Below are positions 8,169-16,515 of a stretch of 64,000 nucleotides of DNA, piece after piece. Origin of the DNA: an uncultured Candidatus Saccharibacteria bacterium (GTDB taxonomy: Bacteria > Patescibacteriota > Minisyncoccia > JACQLN01); NCBI GenBank assembly GCA_964526375.1, contig CAZGLK010000001.1, positions 4,811-68,810 on the forward strand, in the 5' to 3' direction. Below the pieces are notes generated by a model. That model was not told the origin of the DNA. It ran no database searches and saw nothing but the letters and a program-made list of their open reading frames with translations. Each line of letters starts with the position of its first letter. Position 1 is the first letter of the stretch. A program made the position numbers and the translations under genes.

Positions 8169-9294
8169 ATTCAAAAAATTGATGGCCATATTTTTGGTTT
8201 GCGTTTTGCTATTTGGTCTGGTCGGATTTGTGGAAGCAGGCAAAATTAAGGACATTAAAAAGCGCAGCCGCGCGTCTGTTTTTATTCCTCCGCAAAGCCG
8301 CCAAGAGATAATCCGGCCGGCTCGCAACGCCGTGTTTTTTAGTCCGCTGGAAACAATCATCACTTCGGGTCCGGCGAACAACAATTTTGTTCAAAGCACC
8401 AGTGTTGAGTTTGTTTTGGACGGCTGGCAGATAGTGCCTTTTAAAAAAACCAATCGTTTTGAGGTTTGGCTGTTTGGCCTGGACGCTGGCTGGCGCGAGG
8501 CCGGGGAGAGAATAAGCTATAACCTGCCGCCCGGCAAGCGGCTTTATACTTTTATGGCCCGGGCCAAAAACGAAGCCGGCGAGACGGATCGCACCGCCGC
8601 GGTTAGAAATTTTTATACTTTCACCTCGCCCTATTACGGCAAGATTGACATTACTGCCGTGGACGGCCGCGGTTCTTTTGACAAGCCGCAGTATGAGCGC
8701 GTCACTTTGTACGCTCGTAATCTGGCCGGCCCCGTTAATGTTAGCGGCTGGCGGCTGGCTACCCGCCGCAAGAGTTTTTCGTTTGCAATCCCTTCGGCGG
8801 CGCGGTTGTTTGATCCCGCCAATCTTATCGGCATAGAGCCGATCAAACTCTCGTCTGGAGATTCGCTGAATGTTTTTGTGGGCAAGGCAAGCCCGGTGGG
8901 AAGCGGTTTTCAGGAGAATGGCTGTATGGGCTATTTGCGGTCGGGTTTTGAAGGTTACGATGCTCTGGCCGGCGGCGGCAGTTGCTCGGCTGTCAGCCCT
9001 TCCGTGTATAGCAGTTACAGCGTTGACTGCCGCCGGTTCTTAAACGGCTTGAGCGCTTGCGCCAGCGTGAACTTGGAGCCGTGGCAATTCGGGGCCGATC
9101 CCGCTTGCCGTGATTTTATAGTTAGAAATTACAATTACGCCGCTTGCGTGGAGCGCGGCAAAAACCAAGCCAACTTTTTTACCGGCCGCTGGAGAATTTA
9201 TCTGGGCCAGAGCGATGAAATTCTGGATGATTTGGATGACACGGTTTATTTGTACGACGGGCAGGGGTTGTTGGTGGACATATACAGTTATTAG
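8155..9294 (+). CDS. secreted protein with a lamin-tail-like (LTD) segment and a Cys-rich C-terminus
   Basis: N-terminal signal/TM (MAIFLVCVLLFGLVGFVEA); YERVTLYARNLAGPVNVSGWRL resembles LTD; the start could also be 8182. Confidence 0.55.
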   Translation: MTRIEFKKLMAIFLVCVLLFGLVGFVEAGKIKDIKKRSRASVFIPPQSRQEIIRPARNAVFFSPLETIITSGPANNNFVQSTSVEFVLDGWQIVPFKKTNRFEVWLFGLDAGWREAGERISYNLPPGKRLYTFMARAKNEAGETDRTAAVRNFYTFTSPYYGKIDITAVDGRGSFDKPQYERVTLYARNLAGPVNVSGWRLATRRKSFSFAIPSAARLFDPANLIGIEPIKLSSGDSLNVFVGKASPVGSGFQENGCMGYLRSGFEGYDALAGGGSCSAVSPSVYSSYSVDCRRFLNGLSACASVNLEPWQFGADPACRDFIVRNYNYAACVERGKNQANFFTGRWRIYLGQSDEILDDLDDTVYLYDGQGLLVDIYSY

Positions 9295-9323
9295 TGAGTA
9301 GGGAGTAGGGGGGTAAAAATTAA

Positions 9324-9362
9324 AACAGCCGCTTCGTTTTTTGTGCGAAGGGCTGTTTTATG
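9324..9362. terminator. bidirectional hairpin terminator between convergent genes
   Basis: acagccgcttcg-ttttttgtg-cgaagggctgt with T-runs on both strands. Confidence 0.5.
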
Positions 9363-9557
9363 TTACGAGACCGTGGCCCCGAAACGGATGGTGGGGTTGC
9401 ATACGATTTCTTCTATGCATTTTGTGAATAAGTCTCCTAGGGTATCGGGGTGAAAGTCTTCATGGTGGATTAGATCTCTGATCTTGTCTGGTGTCATTAG
9501 GTCGGGAGGCGGCCTTTGACCCATTAGTTTTTCCCAAGCCTGTTCAATGGGAGTCAT
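9363..9557 (-). CDS. small hypothetical protein (64 aa), paralog of 9873-10151
   Basis: Shared pattern AW..M.G..PPP……HP……C..EI with the neighbouring ORF; GC-richer than the backbone. Confidence 0.45.
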   Translation of the reverse strand: MTPIEQAWEKLMGQRPPPDLMTPDKIRDLIHHEDFHPDTLGDLFTKCIEEIVCNPTIRFGATVS

Positions 9558-9708
9558 AAAATATCACCACCTTTGTGTTGAAAGAACTTGGTTCTATTTT
9601 CTCACGGCGGTTGCAGCGGCGCAAGTGTATAAACTACGGCACCGCCCAATTTTTACAGCCAAAGTATTCCGAGGGGGCAGGTCAAACATGTAGCAACTCA
9701 TTTCATTG

Positions 9709-9754
9709 TATTGTTTCCTCTTCCCAGACGATCGTCTGTGGGATGGAAACAATA
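9709..9754. repeat. 46-nt stem-loop repeat, copy C
   Basis: 10-bp stem TATTGTTTCC/GGAAACAATA and a 26-nt loop with AGACGATCGTC; same architecture as copies A and B. Confidence 0.6.
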
Positions 9755-9872
9755 TCAAAGTCGCTTACAAATCATCGCTGGAAGAAATTTTTAGCGGGAT
9801 TCTTGCAAAGGAACAAATAAAAATCCGCCCCGATGCGCGCATCGGGGCGGGGGAGGAGGGAAGGAACTTGCT

Positions 9873-10151
9873 TTAGATGGACTCCAGCACTGGACCATCT
9901 AGAAAAGAACTCGCCGGGGTGTGTTCCAGAAACTGGTTACCGGCCCAGATTTGTATCTCCTCCGAGTCGTAGGTGTCGGGATCGTTCCGAATCTCATCCA
10001 CACAGGCTCGGAAGGTTGCCAGCCCTATAATACGAGGATGAAAACTCGGATCACCGATCAGGATTTTGGCAATAACCTGCGCCCGGGCCGGTGGTGGCCC
10101 GTCGCCATTCATTGCCTGCCAAGCCGCGTAAAACGGGTGGTTCTGGTCCAT
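9873..10151 (-). CDS. small hypothetical protein (92 aa), paralog of 9363-9557
   Basis: See its paralog; GC-rich; immediately downstream of murD on the same strand. Confidence 0.45.
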   Translation of the reverse strand: MDQNHPFYAAWQAMNGDGPPPARAQVIAKILIGDPSFHPRIIGLATFRACVDEIRNDPDTYDSEEIQIWAGNQFLEHTPASSFLDGPVLESI

Positions 10152-10153
10152 TT

Positions 10154-11530
10154 TTATTCTCCTTTCAAAATTGATTTTACGAGAAGATTAAATTGTTTTC
10201 CGCGGTCAAATTCGTTTTTGAACTTTTCAAACGAAGCCGCGGAGGGCGAAAAAAGAACCAGGGTCGATTTGACAATCTTGGCATACCTAATGGCGCTTGT
10301 CAATAAAGGGGGCAGGGTAGGGTAGAGTTGGGGCTGGGAGTTCTTAAAGTATTTCTGACGGTCAAGCGCCGCGATCATTTTGTTTGTGGCTGAACCTTCC
10401 AGCAAAAACAAGTTTTCTTTTTTTACGAATTTTTTTACGGCGGCGGCCCAGTCGTCAAAAATCAAATTTTTGTCCGTGCCGCCGGTTATCAGTATCAAGT
10501 TTCTGGCCTGTGCGTGGAATCGTTTTAAGGCGGCCATGGTAGCGTCGGGTGAAGTGGCCACCGCGTCGTTTACTATAGTCAGTCCACCCCCACGGTAGAT
10601 AATTTCCTGGCGGAATTTTATCTGGGGCAGGGTTTTAATGGCTTTCTTTATCGTTGCCCAGCTTAGGCCGGCTAGATTGGCGGCTAGCGCCGCGAGCATT
10701 AAGTTTTGCAGGTTATGGTTACCAAAGGGTGGCAAATGGGGAAAACGGGATGAAAAAGGGAAAGGCACGAATAAGATTTGGCCAGGCGGTTTTTGCTTAA
10801 GAAAAAATTTGGTCCATTTGTCTCCCCTGTTCAGAATCAAGAAATCATTCTTGGTTTGGTGCTTAAAGATGTTGGCCTTGGCTAGGGCGTAGTCGGTTAG
10901 GTTTTTATAACGATTTAGGTGGTCGGGTAAAATATTTGTTATCAGGGCTATATGGGGTTTTTTGTTCCAAGCTAAGCTTGGAACATTTAGGAGTTCAAGA
11001 TGCCAGCTGGAAAGTTCCACCACCACTGGGCTTTTGCCGTCCAATTTGTCCAACGCTTTTAGCATGGGGTTGTCCGAAGAATTTCCAGCCAGCGCGGCGT
11101 CCGGAAATTTTTGTTTCAGCAGGTGATAGGTCCAATTAGCCGTGGTGGTTTTGCCTCGGGTGCCGGTGACGCCGATGATTGGATTTTTGCAAAACCTAAA
11201 AAACAAACTGGCTTCGTTTTCCAATTGGGCGCCGCTCTGGCGCGCGGTTTTCAAATACGGGCTTTCTCGGGGCACGGCTGGGTTTACGACCACGATATCG
11301 TGAGACCGAAAGTCGGAGGCCAGATGTCGGCCTAAAACAAACCGGATTCGTTGGGCGGTTTGCCCTAAAGCTTTTATTGAGGCAGCCAGTTCGCGTCGCG
11401 GTTTTAGGTCAGTCACGGTAACTTTAGCTCCATGTTTAACCAGCCATTTGGTAGCGGCCACTCCCCCGCCCAAAAGCCCCAAACCCATCACCAGAACTTT
11501 TTTGTTTTTTAGGTAATCCTCCGGTGTCAT
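10154..11530 (-). CDS. murD: UDP-N-acetylmuramoylalanine--D-glutamate ligase
   Basis: KVLVMGLGLLGGG Rossmann N-terminus, Mur ligase P-loop IIGVTGTRGKTTT, about 458 aa. Confidence 0.9.
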   Translation of the reverse strand: MTPEDYLKNKKVLVMGLGLLGGGVAATKWLVKHGAKVTVTDLKPRRELAASIKALGQTAQRIRFVLGRHLASDFRSHDIVVVNPAVPRESPYLKTARQSGAQLENEASLFFRFCKNPIIGVTGTRGKTTTANWTYHLLKQKFPDAALAGNSSDNPMLKALDKLDGKSPVVVELSSWHLELLNVPSLAWNKKPHIALITNILPDHLNRYKNLTDYALAKANIFKHQTKNDFLILNRGDKWTKFFLKQKPPGQILFVPFPFSSRFPHLPPFGNHNLQNLMLAALAANLAGLSWATIKKAIKTLPQIKFRQEIIYRGGGLTIVNDAVATSPDATMAALKRFHAQARNLILITGGTDKNLIFDDWAAAVKKFVKKENLFLLEGSATNKMIAALDRQKYFKNSQPQLYPTLPPLLTSAIRYAKIVKSTLVLFSPSAASFEKFKNEFDRGKQFNLLVKSILKGE

Positions 11531-11560
11531 GGATTTAATCGTAACCGCAGGAGGGGGACT

Positions 11561-11589
11561 TTGACAAGCGTTAGCTAAAGCGATAGCAT
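11561..11589 (+). promoter_or_regulatory. sigma70-like promoter candidate
   Basis: TTGACA-17 nt-TAGCAT followed by RBS GGAAGGAGG and ATG 11627. Confidence 0.4.
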
Positions 11590-11626
11590 TTCAAAAATGT
11601 TCTTTTTGGGAAGGAGGTGAAGCATT

Positions 11627-11812
11627 ATGTCCGGGCTTTGTGATCCCGCCGATCGCTATCCGATACAAGAAGCACCAATAGGTATCCGGGAACAGATACT
11701 GGACCTTTGGGAGCAACTTGTTAAGGAACTGCCGGTGGAAGGCAGGCGTTGGTTGATTTTTGAGTTACACAAAATTGACCCCGAGCCGTTTTCGCAATGG
11801 TTTGGCAAATAA
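11627..11812 (+). CDS. small hypothetical protein (61 aa)
   Basis: Strong RBS GGAAGGAGGTG; no family recognised. Confidence 0.4.
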   Translation: MSGLCDPADRYPIQEAPIGIREQILDLWEQLVKELPVEGRRWLIFELHKIDPEPFSQWFGK

Positions 11813-11827
11813 GAGGAGGCGCCGGGT

Positions 11828-12082
11828 ATGTCAAAAAAGATATTGCTGCGAGACACCGGAGTCTATATTGTTGGGATGGCGGTTTTGATTCTGGCGATAT
11901 TTGGGCTTTTCTGGCTGTCCCAAACAATGTGGGCGAGTTTTGGGTCTGTTTGGGTTCTCTTGGCTATGGGCGGCATCGCGCTGGAAGGTTTGGTTATTGC
12001 CGCGAGTGTCATCTTGCTTAGTGTGTGGTACGGTTTTGGCTGGAGGGAATTCATTCATCTACATCTAGCGCGGCGAGGTTAA
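11828..12082 (+). CDS. small membrane protein (84 aa, 2-3 TM helices)
   Basis: RBS AGGAGG, hydrophobic helices. Confidence 0.5.
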   Translation: MSKKILLRDTGVYIVGMAVLILAIFGLFWLSQTMWASFGSVWVLLAMGGIALEGLVIAASVILLSVWYGFGWREFIHLHLARRG

Positions 12083-12098
12083 ACCTTACCCCAAAAAA

Positions 12099-12126
12099 GC
12101 GGCTTGTAACCACAGGCCGTTTTTTA
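12099..12126. terminator. hairpin terminator between the + operon and tRNA-His
   Basis: GGCTTGTaaccACAGGCC followed by GTTTTTT. Confidence 0.5.
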
Positions 12127-12134
12127 TAAAAAGG

Positions 12135-12206
12135 GGTGGGTAAGGGGAATCGAACCCCCCTCACCGCTGCCACAGAGCGGCGCTTTACCACTAAGCTATA
12201 CCCACC
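12135..12206 (-). tRNA. tRNA-His (anticodon GTG)
   Basis: Hand-folded cloverleaf: G-1 GTGGGTA acceptor, D-stem GCTT/AAGC, anticodon stem CCGCT/AGCGG with loop CTGTGGC, T-arm GGGGG-TTCGATT-CCCCT, discriminator C. Confidence 0.8.
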
Positions 12207-12299
12207 ATAAAAGCTCTACAGCTTATGGCTAATAGCTTATAGTTTTTTTGGGGAAAATTCAAATTAATGGGTCCAATAGGACCGATAGGCCTGATAAAA

Positions 12300-12548
12300 C
12301 TATTCCTCGGCCTTTAACACCGACGCGCCTTCGCGGGCTTTCTCGGTTACTTTTAAGCCGACAACATCGCCGGCCACGGCTAGGCTGACGCTTTTGCGGT
12401 CTACCTCCATAGATTCCACGGTTTGTTCAAACTCGTTTTTGCCGCCTTCAATTTTTATGCGGTCGCCCACTTTTAAATCGCCGGTCAGTTCCACAATGGC
12501 CACGCCCAGTTTGCCGTAGTAATGGGTAATTTTGCCGATGGGTTTCAT
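12300..12548 (-). CDS. small beta-barrel protein (82 aa), EF-Tu domain-2-like
   Basis: …GKLGVAIVELTGDLKVGDRIKIEG… pattern; sits between two tRNA genes. Confidence 0.5.
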   Translation of the reverse strand: MKPIGKITHYYGKLGVAIVELTGDLKVGDRIKIEGGKNEFEQTVESMEVDRKSVSLAVAGDVVGLKVTEKAREGASVLKAEE

Positions 12549-12619
12549 AGGGTAACGAATTTACGAATTGATTACGAATATACGAATATGTTTCCAAGGT
12601 CGACCTTTGGGAGTTTTCG

Positions 12620-12628
12620 TGGTAATAT
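12620..12628 (+). promoter_or_regulatory. extended -10 (TGgTAATAT) for the tRNA-Arg transcript, downstream of TACGAAT repeats
   Basis: Preceded by aacgaatttacgaattgattacgaatatacgaatatg (12557-12593); a 14-bp tandem repeat gacaag(a/c)gacatgg x2 (12636-12663) lies in the leader. Confidence 0.35.
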
Positions 12629-12674
12629 GTCTGGTGACAAGAGACATGGGACAAGCGACATGGAAAAATTGACC

Positions 12675-12746
12675 GCCCCAGTAGTTCAATGGACAGAACA
12701 GGACTCTTCTAAGGTCTAGATGGGGGTTCGATTCCCTCCTGGGGCG
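12675..12746 (+). tRNA. tRNA-Arg (anticodon TCT)
   Basis: Hand-folded: acceptor GCCCCAG/CTGGGGC, D-stem GTTC/GAAC, anticodon stem GGACT/GGTCT (two G·U) with loop CTTCTAA, T-arm GGGGG-TTCGATT-CCCTC; 72 nt. Confidence 0.8.
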
Positions 12747-12787
12747 CATATAAAAACCAAATCTCAAATCTAAAAAATCCGCAAGCG

Positions 12788-12816
12788 TTGACACAGCTTT
12801 TTGGGTTTGGTAAGAT
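12788..12816 (+). promoter_or_regulatory. sigma70-like promoter candidate for clpB
   Basis: TTGACA-17 nt-TAAGAT. Confidence 0.4.
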
Positions 12817-12818
12817 TA

Positions 12819-12845
12819 TTATCACTCTATAGAGCCAAGTGATAA
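12819..12845. promoter_or_regulatory. CIRCE-like inverted repeat (candidate HrcA operator) between promoter and clpB start
   Basis: TTATCACTC-N9-AAGTGATAA versus the CIRCE consensus TTAGCACTC-N9-GAGTGCTAA (3 mismatches, a perfect 9-bp IR). Confidence 0.4.
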
Positions 12846-12878
12846 TGGGTTCTATAAGTCCTATAAGACCAATATTAC

Positions 12879-15497
12879 ATGAATTTCGGAAATTTTACCA
12901 CCCGGGCCCAGGAGGCTTTTCAAAAGGCCCACTATATTGCCCAAGAAAAAAGCAGTGAGCAGGTCAACTGCCTGCATTTGCTTTTGGCGTTATTGCGCCA
13001 AGACGACGGTTTGGTAGCCACCATCTTAAAAAAGATGGAGGCCGATGTGGGCCGACTGGACGCGGCTTTGGAACTGGAAATCAACCGACTCCCCCGTTTG
13101 GTTGGCGGCGGCGGGGTGGCCCAGATTTTTTTGGGTCAGGATTTGGCTTTAGTGATTGAGCAGGCCCAAAAAGAAGCCATGGGTTTTAAGGACGAATATG
13201 TTTCCACCGAACACTTGCTTTTGGCGGTGCTGGCCGTGCCGTCGCGGGCGCGGCAAATTTTGGAAGAAATGGGAGTCGGCGCCGAGAATGTTCTTAAAGT
13301 GCTTAAAGATGTTCGTGGCAGTGGGCGGGTAACATCTTCTGAACCCGAGCAAACCTATCAGGCCCTGCAAAAATACGGACGCAACTTAACCGATTTAGCC
13401 CGACGCGAAAAGCTGGATCCGGTGATCGGCCGCGATTCCGAAATTCGCCGAGTGATGCAGGTTTTGTCGAGGCGCACCAAAAACAATCCGGTTTTGATAG
13501 GCGAAGCCGGTGTGGGCAAAACGGCCATTGTGGAGGGCTTGGCCCAGCGCATTGTGGCCGGCGATGTGCCCGAAGGTTTGCTTAACAAAGAGATCGTGGC
13601 TTTGGATATCGGCTCGCTGGTGGCTGGCACCAAGTTTAGGGGCGAGTTTGAGGAGCGGCTTAAAGCCATATTAAAAGAAATAGACCGCGCCGAAGGGCGG
13701 ATGGTTTTGTTTATAGACGAACTTCATACTCTGGTGGGCGCCGGCGGCGCTGAGGGCGCGGTGGACGCCTCCAATTTGCTTAAACCTCCCCTAGCCCGGG
13801 GCGAATTGCATGCCATTGGCGCTACCACTCTAAAGGAATATCAAAAATACATAGAAAAGGACCCGGCCTTTGAACGAAGATTCCAGCCGATTTTAGTAAG
13901 TGAGCCCTCGGAAAAAGATGCCGTGGCCATTTTGCGCGGCATTAAAGAAAAATACGAGGTTCACCACGGCGTTAGAATCACCGATGCCGCCATTGTGGCG
14001 GCGGTGGAGCTTTCCCAACGCTACATATCCGATCGCTTTTTGCCCGACAAGGCCGTGGACTTAATAGACGAAGCCACCTCGGCTTTGAGAATGGAAATAG
14101 ATTCCATGCCCGACGAGCTGGATGTGCTTTCGCGCGAAATCAGGCGGCTTGAAATTGAACGTGAGGCCCTAAAAAAAGAAAAAGAGGCCGCCGACAAATT
14201 AAAAAAGATCAAACACAATCTGGCCGACATAAAAGAAAAATATCAGGCCTTGGAAGCGCAATGGCAGGGCGAGAAAAGTTTGATTACCAAAATGCGCGAA
14301 ACCCAAAAAGAGGTTGAGCGTTTGCGCAGCGAGGCCGAGATTGCCGAGCGCGAGGGCCGCCTGGAGCGGGTGGCCGAAATCCGCTACGGCCTTATACCCT
14401 CTTTGGAAAAAACCATTGGCGAGTGTTCGGAGAAACTGGGCCATTTGGAAAAGTCGCATCGCCTGTTAAAAGAAGAAGTTGGCGCCGACGACATTGCCGA
14501 AGTAGTCAGCCGCTGGACGGGCATTCCCGTAAGCCGTCTGCTGGAAGAAGAATCCAAAAAACTGGCTCGCATGGAGCAGGAATTGTCGCAGAGAGTGGTG
14601 GGCCAGATGAAAGCGGTGCAGGCGGTTGCCAATGCCATCCGCCGCGCCCGCACCGGTTTGGGCGAGGAATCGCGGCCGATCGGTTCGTTTGTGTTTTTGG
14701 GCCCCAGCGGCGTGGGCAAAACGGAATTGGCGCGGGCTTTGGCCGAGTTTATGTTTAACGACGAGAACGCGCTTATTAGGGTGGATATGTCGGAATACAT
14801 GGAGCGGCATTCCGTAAGCCGTATGATCGGTTCTCCGCCCGGCTATGTGGGCCACGAGGAGGGTGGCCAACTGACCGAACTGGTGCGCCGCCGGCCCTAC
14901 AGCGTGGTGCTTTTTGACGAAATAGAAAAAGCTCACCCCGAAGTGTTTAATTTACTGCTTCAGGTTTTGGACGACGGCCACCTAACCGACGCCAAAGGCC
15001 GCCGCGTCAACTTTAAGAACGCCATTATTATTATGACCTCTAACCTCGGCACCGAGATTATCCACGAATACCACGGTTTGGGTTTTGCCCACGACGACGG
15101 CAAGCGCCAAGAGGCCCAAGCCCGTGAAGCCGAAGATAAAATAATGGAAATCCTGCGGCGGAACTTTAGGCCCGAATTTTTGAACCGCTTGGATGAAATT
15201 ATTGTTTTTAACCAGCTAAGAAAAAGCGATCTGGAAAAGATTGTGGAATTGCAATTGGAAAAAGTTAAAGAGCGCCTGGCCAAAAAGGGCATTAAACTGC
15301 GCGTCTCGCCCGAACTAAAGGCTTATTTGGTTAAGAAGGGTTTTGATCCGGTCTACGGCGCCCGGCCGCTCAAGCGGGCGATTCAGGATTTGGTTTTGAA
15401 TCCTTTGGCCCAGCGCCTTTTGCAAAAACAGCCCGCCCCTGTGGCAGAACAGATTTTTAAGGCCGACTTCAGCCGGGGGGAAGTTCTCATTAAATAG
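12879..15497 (+). CDS. clpB: ATP-dependent chaperone ClpB
   Basis: Clp N-domain, two AAA+ modules ([30 protein letters not shown]) and a long middle coiled-coil; 872 aa. Confidence 0.95.
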   Translation: MNFGNFTTRAQEAFQKAHYIAQEKSSEQVNCLHLLLALLRQDDGLVATILKKMEADVGRLDAALELEINRLPRLVGGGGVAQIFLGQDLALVIEQAQKEAMGFKDEYVSTEHLLLAVLAVPSRARQILEEMGVGAENVLKVLKDVRGSGRVTSSEPEQTYQALQKYGRNLTDLARREKLDPVIGRDSEIRRVMQVLSRRTKNNPVLIGEAGVGKTAIVEGLAQRIVAGDVPEGLLNKEIVALDIGSLVAGTKFRGEFEERLKAILKEIDRAEGRMVLFIDELHTLVGAGGAEGAVDASNLLKPPLARGELHAIGATTLKEYQKYIEKDPAFERRFQPILVSEPSEKDAVAILRGIKEKYEVHHGVRITDAAIVAAVELSQRYISDRFLPDKAVDLIDEATSALRMEIDSMPDELDVLSREIRRLEIEREALKKEKEAADKLKKIKHNLADIKEKYQALEAQWQGEKSLITKMRETQKEVERLRSEAEIAEREGRLERVAEIRYGLIPSLEKTIGECSEKLGHLEKSHRLLKEEVGADDIAEVVSRWTGIPVSRLLEEESKKLARMEQELSQRVVGQMKAVQAVANAIRRARTGLGEESRPIGSFVFLGPSGVGKTELARALAEFMFNDENALIRVDMSEYMERHSVSRMIGSPPGYVGHEEGGQLTELVRRRPYSVVLFDEIEKAHPEVFNLLLQVLDDGHLTDAKGRRVNFKNAIIIMTSNLGTEIIHEYHGLGFAHDDGKRQEAQAREAEDKIMEILRRNFRPEFLNRLDEIIVFNQLRKSDLEKIVELQLEKVKERLAKKGIKLRVSPELKAYLVKKGFDPVYGARPLKRAIQDLVLNPLAQRLLQKQPAPVAEQIFKADFSRGEVLIK

Positions 15498-15628
15498 CTT
15501 CCTTAGCTTGTTAGAAAAAATTCTCTGACCTAAAAAGCCAATGAAGCTAATAAGCTAACGAAGCTTTAGAATAATCCACAGCTTGGCTGTTGGAGGTGGC
15601 GGTTTTTTGTGATATTGTAGGTGGAGAT

Positions 15629-15793
15629 GGTTACAAAACTCTCTCTGCTGCAATTTCATATTTTCGGCTGCGACTTCGTCAGACTGCGCAAAAAGGTTTT
15701 CACCGTAGTTTTACTACGGCTTCAAACCTTTTTGCTTGCCTTCCTCGTCTCGCCAGAAAATATGAAATTTCGCCACGAAAGAGTTTTGTAACC
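15629..15793. repeat. 165-bp imperfect palindrome (arms ~70 bp) in the long intergenic region after clpB
   Basis: Outer blocks GGTTACAAAACTCT / AGAGTTTTGTAACC are perfect. Inner blocks are aatttcatattttc / gaaaatatgaaatt and caaaaaggttt / aaacctttttg, with a central small IR ccgtagt…actacgg. Confidence 0.5.
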
Positions 15794-16515
15794 ATCTCGT
15801 AAATAGTTTTTGCCGGGTTTCTTTATGCTGGTGTTTATCCACAACCCTGCCCTTGCTCTAGGTTGGCTTGTGGTATAATTGCTGTAAAGAGTTTTGACCT
15901 GTGTATAAACCATGTCTCTTGTGATGGGTTGACGGGTCTTGTTGACTTGTGAAATGCGCTAGCATATCATTTGGTCTAAGGAAGATCTATCAGCTCGCGT
16001 ACGGAGTGTGAGTGTTAAACCAAGCGGTTCGCAGGCAATATATGATTGTTTCCCAAACAAAGATATTTTGAAGGCCTTTTGCAACGGCTCTTTTGTGATT
16101 TACGAAATACGAATTGGTACGCCTGCCTGCGGTAGGCAGGAATCTACGAAAATTAAAGATGTGGACAGATGAGTTTGCGCGAGGATTGATTTGAGATTAG
16201 GACTCGTGTATGCTCATATGTTCATGTCCGGTGTAGTTTTCCAGCAAGCTCGCACCTTGACAATTGAATATCCTGTAAGTCTCGAATCTTGAATCTTGGA
16301 TCTTGGATCGTGAATATTGGATCATGGGGTGCGATTCAAGAAGTGCGAATAGTGATTTTAGTGGAGTGTCTTAAGTCGGGTCGGTCTCTTTAGGAGGAAG
16401 ACTTGACCTCCGATTGAATGCGATTATTAAAATTAGCAACTAACTTTGCGGGTTGATAGCAACCAAGGGATCGCAAGATACCTGGGCTGCCTTCAGCCAA
16501 AAACGAGAAAAACAA

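Noticed and set aside
9575-10325. ORFs 9575-9820 (+), 9833-10030 (+) and 9921-10325 (+) opposite the small paralog pair
   Set aside because: They are overlapping alternative-frame ORFs in a GC-rich stretch. The - strand paralogous pair, with mutual similarity, is the more parsimonious coding assignment.
12522-12794. ORFs 12522-12719 (+) and 12561-12794 (-) overlapping the tRNA-Arg region
   Set aside because: They span the TACGAAT promoter repeats and the tRNA gene itself, so they are explained by the noncoding features.
13149-15292. Multiple 70-160-aa ORFs antisense to, or out of frame within, clpB (and similar ones inside murD, the giant surface gene and the GT genes)
   Set aside because: They lie entirely inside well-supported longer genes and have no RBS and no recognisable domains. 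They are typical spurious ORFs of the complementary strand, especially in the GC-richer genes.
15836-15844. Perfect DnaA-box 9-mer TTATCCACA (plus its reverse complement at 7191-7199) suggesting oriC
   Set aside because: These are single isolated 9-mers, and about one or two such matches are expected by chance in 64 kb on both strands. There is no cluster of boxes, no adjacent dnaA/dnaN and no AT-rich unwinding element, so no origin is called.
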